From: an uncultured bacterium
GTDB taxonomy: Bacteria > Bacillota > Clostridia > Lachnospirales > Lachnospiraceae
DNA length: 64,000 nucleotides
Assembly (NCBI GenBank): GCA_947647735.1
Contig: CANSLJ010000002.1
Coordinates: forward strand, 143,147-207,146
Direction of reading: 5' to 3'
Each line of letters begins with the position of its first letter. Position 1 is the first letter of the stretch. Below the pieces are notes generated by a model that worked only from the letters and a program-made list of their open reading frames with translations, was not told the DNA's origin and did not search any database. Both the position numbers and the translations under genes were made by a program. Below are positions 60,095-64,000 of this stretch, in pieces.

Positions 60095-60362
60095 AATAAA
60101 GCCTCCTCTCCCTTTCTGTAGCCAGTCTTGCTGATATCAATCTGATGTTCCTGCCCCGCTCTGTAAATACAACAAACAGTAAATTACCAACCATTCCTAT
60201 CGCAATATAACGGTCTTCATTTATACTATGCTCGAAATCATACATTTCTATATAATTTTCATCGCTGAATACATAAGCCGCCGTTTCAAAAGATATGCCA
60301 TGTTTTTCGCGATTTTTACGTTCTTTCTCTTCATCCCACTCAAAATTTAACTGCATCTCCAT
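60072..60362 (-). CDS. brnT: BrnT family ribonuclease toxin
   Basis: FEWDEEK...KHGISF...EDRY...RLISARLAT. Confidence 0.88.
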   Translation of the reverse strand: MEMQLNFEWDEEKERKNREKHGISFETAAYVFSDENYIEMYDFEHSINEDRYIAIGMVGNLLFVVFTERGRNIRLISARLATERERRLYYDQDIHN

Positions 60363-60375
60363 ATTCCTCCGCCAC

Positions 60376-61236
60376 TCACTCGGAACTGTCCTTCTTCTCC
60401 TTCAGCTTCTGCACCAGTATCTCCTTGAGATCCCTCGCCCTGTTTTTCACACGCACACCAGCCGATTTTGAGAGCAGGATTTCCGTCACAAGCCTGCCGG
60501 AGAGGTCATACTTCTCAAACCTCGCGGCAATGGCAGCGATCAGATAATCTGCCGTATACTGATCTATGCCGCATACCGGAAACGTTTCGGATCTTCTTGC
60601 CTCCAGAAAGCCATCCAGCGCATGGCGCAAAAACTCCGTCTCCTTCTCCCCGCACTGTTCTTTCTGCATTTTATAGTCGGGCAGGCTCTGATCCAGATTT
60701 TCTCCTCTGCCGCGCAGGATCCATGCGGTCTTCAGACAGATATACGCCTTCTCACTTGCCTTCGCCTTTTTTACGACAGCATTTGCCAGCGCCATCTGAT
60801 AGCGCTCCAGAGCATCGTCATAGGTGTAGATTTCCTTTGTTTCCACCGGCGAGGTAAAGCGCACAGAGATCGCATTGATGATATTCTTCGCCTGCAGCGG
60901 CGTAACAGCCTCAAAAAACCTGCCAAGCGCCGTATAGCCGCAGATCGGACACAGAACAACATCATATTTCAGAATGTCAAGCTGTTCATAGCGCGGCCTG
61001 AGATCTATATCGCTGCCGATCAGCTTCGCCTTGCCTGTCCTGACCATCCGGTTTTTAAATTCTCTGCCGCATACAGGACAGGAATAAGTCCTGTCAAAAA
61101 GAAAATCCTGTTCCTGCACAGCTTTCGGAACCGGCTTCACGACTTCGACCTTCTTCAACGGTTTTGCCTCTTCATATACATTCACATTTTCCAGATTATC
61201 CAAGCCGAAACGCCCTAATCCCGACAATAAACCCAT
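60376..61236 (-). CDS. DUF2225 family zinc-finger/TPR protein
   Basis: CPVC...DLRP...CPICGY with a helical C-terminus. Confidence 0.75.
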   Translation of the reverse strand: MGLLSGLGRFGLDNLENVNVYEEAKPLKKVEVVKPVPKAVQEQDFLFDRTYSCPVCGREFKNRMVRTGKAKLIGSDIDLRPRYEQLDILKYDVVLCPICGYTALGRFFEAVTPLQAKNIINAISVRFTSPVETKEIYTYDDALERYQMALANAVVKKAKASEKAYICLKTAWILRGRGENLDQSLPDYKMQKEQCGEKETEFLRHALDGFLEARRSETFPVCGIDQYTADYLIAAIAARFEKYDLSGRLVTEILLSKSAGVRVKNRARDLKEILVQKLKEKKDSSE

Positions 61237-61330
61237 GGTATACCTCGTCACTGTTTTCGTATTTTATCCCGATAAAGCCACAGTAAGCCCGAACAGGACA
61301 ACACGCTCTGCATATTACATTCCTCCTGTA

Positions 61331-63925
61331 CTAACAGGTTGCCCCGCCCACAAGATGCTTCTGCGCTTTGATCACTTCCTCTTTCCGCACCAGCAGCTCA
61401 TCGCTCATCAGCTTATCCTGCACATAGTCAAATCCAAGCCTGTCGATAGTATCCGCAAACCGCTCCCCTGTGATTCCCTCATCCCGGAAAAACAGGATCG
61501 CCTTCTCAATCACCTGCAGCACTTCCTCTTTATCCGTAAACACTTTATCCAGCGCTTTCCCGTGAGCGATCTTCTTGCCCCAGCGTCCGCCGATGTAAAC
61601 GCGGTACCCTGTCTCCGCCTCTTTTACTGCACCGAAGGGACATTTTCCGATACAGCGGCCGCAATGGTTACATACCGACTTATCTATCTTCAGCTTTCTT
61701 TCTCCATTTATCTCTTCCACCTTTGCATCCTTCAGCGGACAGTTGTTTTCCACCTGACAGATCCTGCAGCCGCGGCAGAGGCTCTCATCCACCTCCGGCA
61801 CTCTCTGTCCCACCACGCCCAGATCGTTCAGATCCGGTTTCACGCAGTTGTTGGGACAGCCGCCCACCGCGATCTTAAACTTATGGGGCAGCTTTACATC
61901 ATTGAATCCTTTATAGAATCTCTCATGTATCTCCTCCGAGAGGGCAAAGGTATCGATCAGCCCGTACTGACAGGTAGTTCCCTTACAGGAGACCACCGGA
62001 CGCACTTTGGAACCCGTACCGCCGGTTTCCAGCCCTTCCCGCATCAGGTATTCTCTCACCGCTTCGATCTTATCATAGGGAACCCCCTGTATCTCCAGTG
62101 TCAGGCGGGTTGTCATGGTCACTTCCCCTGTGCCGTACTTTTCCGCCGCCTCCGCAATGCACTGCTGCTCCTTCGCTGTGATCTTCCCGTTTCTTGTGAT
62201 CACCCGCACATTAAAGCGGTCGGGATGGTTCTTATCCTGCAGACACCCCAGCGCCTTCACCCGCTTTACATCCTCCGCGGATATCGTGGACTTTGCTCCC
62301 TCCACCTTCACTTCATTAAAGGTAACGCCGCCTTCCAGCACCTTCGTATTCGTATAACCGTAAGCTTTCAGCCTGTTCTGCAGAAAATACCCTCTCTTGC
62401 CCTTTGCACAGACAAGCAGAAGTTTGGCATCCTTTTCCAATCCCTCCAGCGGACCGTTTACTTTGGACAGGTTCACCCATACCGCTCCCGGTATCTTTGC
62501 CTCCGGCATGGCATCGATCACCTGATAGCCCTTTGCCGCCCCTGCCTGATACGCCGCCGGCGTGATGGTCTCAAAAGCGCCGGAGAGCTTATTCTCCATA
62601 ATATAGCATGCCTGCACAAAGGGATGGATCGCTGTGGAGAAAGGCGGCGCATAAGCCATATCCATATTTTCAAAGTCTTCCACCTTCGCGCCCAGAGAAA
62701 TTCCCGTCACCGCGATATCCACGATCTTATCCACCGCCCCGGCGCCCAGTACCTGCACGCCCAGCAGCCTATGGGAATCCCGATCCGCAACAAGTTTGAT
62801 GATAAAGCTGTCCGCTCCCGGATAATAGTGCGCCTTGTCATCGACCACCGCAAGTACCGTTTCCACGGCAAAGCCTGCATCTTTCGCCTGTCCTTCCGTC
62901 AATCCTGTCTTTCCCGCGTTCAGCCCGGGCAGCTTTACAACGCCTGTTCCGAGACAGCCTGCATACGCCTTATCTTTTCCGTTCAACACCTGTGCCAGCG
63001 TCCTGCCCGCATAGTTTGCCGTGGAGCCCATGGGCGACCACTGAGCGGCACTGGTCAGACGGTTCTTCACCATACAGCAGTCTCCCGCCGCATAGACATC
63101 CGGAATATTGGTCGCCATTTTGCCGTCCACCAAAATAGTGCCCCGCTCCATGGCAAGCCCGCTGTCCTTTAAGAACGCCGTGTTGGGACGGATCCCCACA
63201 GACATCACTACCACATCAGCACCGAATACGCCGGCATCTGTCTTGACACCTGCCGCTTTCTCCGTTCCCTCAATGCCTTCCACTTTCACGCTGGTATGTA
63301 CGGAGATACCGTTTCGTTTTAAGTGCTTCTTCACGTGATCCGCCATCTCCGGATCAAGGATCCCAGGTAGGATCTGAGGCGCCAGGTCCACCACCGTCAC
63401 CATGATTCCCTGCGCTTTGATATTTTCAGCGATCTCCAGCCCGATAAAGCCGCCGCCCACTACCACCGCTTTTTTACAGTTATTCTCCTGAATATAATTT
63501 CTCAATCCGATAGCATCATCCGGCGTGCGCATTTTAAATACGCCGGTCAGTTCCGCACCCGGAATCGGCGGAACCACAGGAGATGCCCCCGTCGCAATGA
63601 TCAGCTTATCGTAGGAATATTCCAGTTCCTCCCCGATCGAGAGCCGTTTCGCCTGCACTTTCTTTCCCGCGAAATCAATGCCTTCCGCTTCCACGCCGGT
63701 ATGTACCTTCACACCGGTCAGCCCTTCATATTTCTGCGGGGTATTGACGATCAGCTCCTCCCGGCTCTCGATCAGCCCGCCCACATAGTAGGGCAGCCCG
63801 CAGCCTGCATAGGAAATATCCTCCCCTTTCGTGATGATCGTCACCTCCGTGCTCCGGTCCTCCCGCATACATTTTGCCGCCGCCTTCGTCCCGGCAGCCA
63901 CGCCTCCGATAACCAATACTTTCAT
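61331..63925 (-). CDS. CoA-disulfide reductase-rhodanese fused to a siroheme sulfite/nitrite reductase-like domain with ferredoxin insert
   Basis: GGVAAG, SYAGCGLPY, GGGFIG, YAPPFS, CAKGKRG, then SCKGTTC, GGCPNNC, CNHCGRCIGKCP. Confidence 0.85.
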   Translation of the reverse strand: MKVLVIGGVAAGTKAAAKCMREDRSTEVTIITKGEDISYAGCGLPYYVGGLIESREELIVNTPQKYEGLTGVKVHTGVEAEGIDFAGKKVQAKRLSIGEELEYSYDKLIIATGASPVVPPIPGAELTGVFKMRTPDDAIGLRNYIQENNCKKAVVVGGGFIGLEIAENIKAQGIMVTVVDLAPQILPGILDPEMADHVKKHLKRNGISVHTSVKVEGIEGTEKAAGVKTDAGVFGADVVVMSVGIRPNTAFLKDSGLAMERGTILVDGKMATNIPDVYAAGDCCMVKNRLTSAAQWSPMGSTANYAGRTLAQVLNGKDKAYAGCLGTGVVKLPGLNAGKTGLTEGQAKDAGFAVETVLAVVDDKAHYYPGADSFIIKLVADRDSHRLLGVQVLGAGAVDKIVDIAVTGISLGAKVEDFENMDMAYAPPFSTAIHPFVQACYIMENKLSGAFETITPAAYQAGAAKGYQVIDAMPEAKIPGAVWVNLSKVNGPLEGLEKDAKLLLVCAKGKRGYFLQNRLKAYGYTNTKVLEGGVTFNEVKVEGAKSTISAEDVKRVKALGCLQDKNHPDRFNVRVITRNGKITAKEQQCIAEAAEKYGTGEVTMTTRLTLEIQGVPYDKIEAVREYLMREGLETGGTGSKVRPVVSCKGTTCQYGLIDTFALSEEIHERFYKGFNDVKLPHKFKIAVGGCPNNCVKPDLNDLGVVGQRVPEVDESLCRGCRICQVENNCPLKDAKVEEINGERKLKIDKSVCNHCGRCIGKCPFGAVKEAETGYRVYIGGRWGKKIAHGKALDKVFTDKEEVLQVIEKAILFFRDEGITGERFADTIDRLGFDYVQDKLMSDELLVRKEEVIKAQKHLVGGATC

Positions 63926-64000
63926 GCCCTGTTTCTCCTCTCTATCTTAGTTCCGCATATGCCCGAATTTATATTTTCATCTTCTCTATCACGCAGCTAT

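Noticed and set aside
61235-63172. 645-aa + strand ORF, and similar antisense ORFs over carB, hydG, the hydrogenase, GH2 and tkt
   Set aside because: Fully overlap well-supported - strand genes and lack RBS or domain evidence.

Overview
Chromosomal window from a Bacillota anaerobe. Gene content and codon style suggest Lachnospiraceae or a related gut Clostridia (inference). Most genes are on the - strand. In order: MarR/MATE; carAB; a PAP2 plus DUF3791-DUF3990-DUF3791 cassette; a group B-type [FeFe] hydrogenase with hydF and hydG; an ABC exporter; a GAF-GGDEF cyclase; an internally deleted Rpn gene; an AT-rich cell-surface glycan locus (about 16.6-29.5 kb) continuing into GT2, GT-C-like and secreted-protein genes; a LexA-boxed radical SAM/DUF4130 pair; a MotA-like protein plus a MotA-like-LuxR fusion; ask/iPGM-like/hom; a GNB/LNB uptake and phosphorolysis cluster with AraC and a GH2 beta-galactosidase; split transketolase; glyA; BrnT/BrnA; DUF2225; and a CoA-disulfide reductase-rhodanese-siroheme reductase fusion. 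The most unusual signal is non-coding: three intergenic elements (6639-6774, 8421-8623, 38150-38280) share an identical bipartite core, CGCAGCGGTACTAGGCTCG...AAGTGCCGGCG, but sit in long inverted arms whose sequences are unrelated between copies. No rRNA, tRNA or CRISPR array was recognised. All family assignments come from motif recognition, not database searches.
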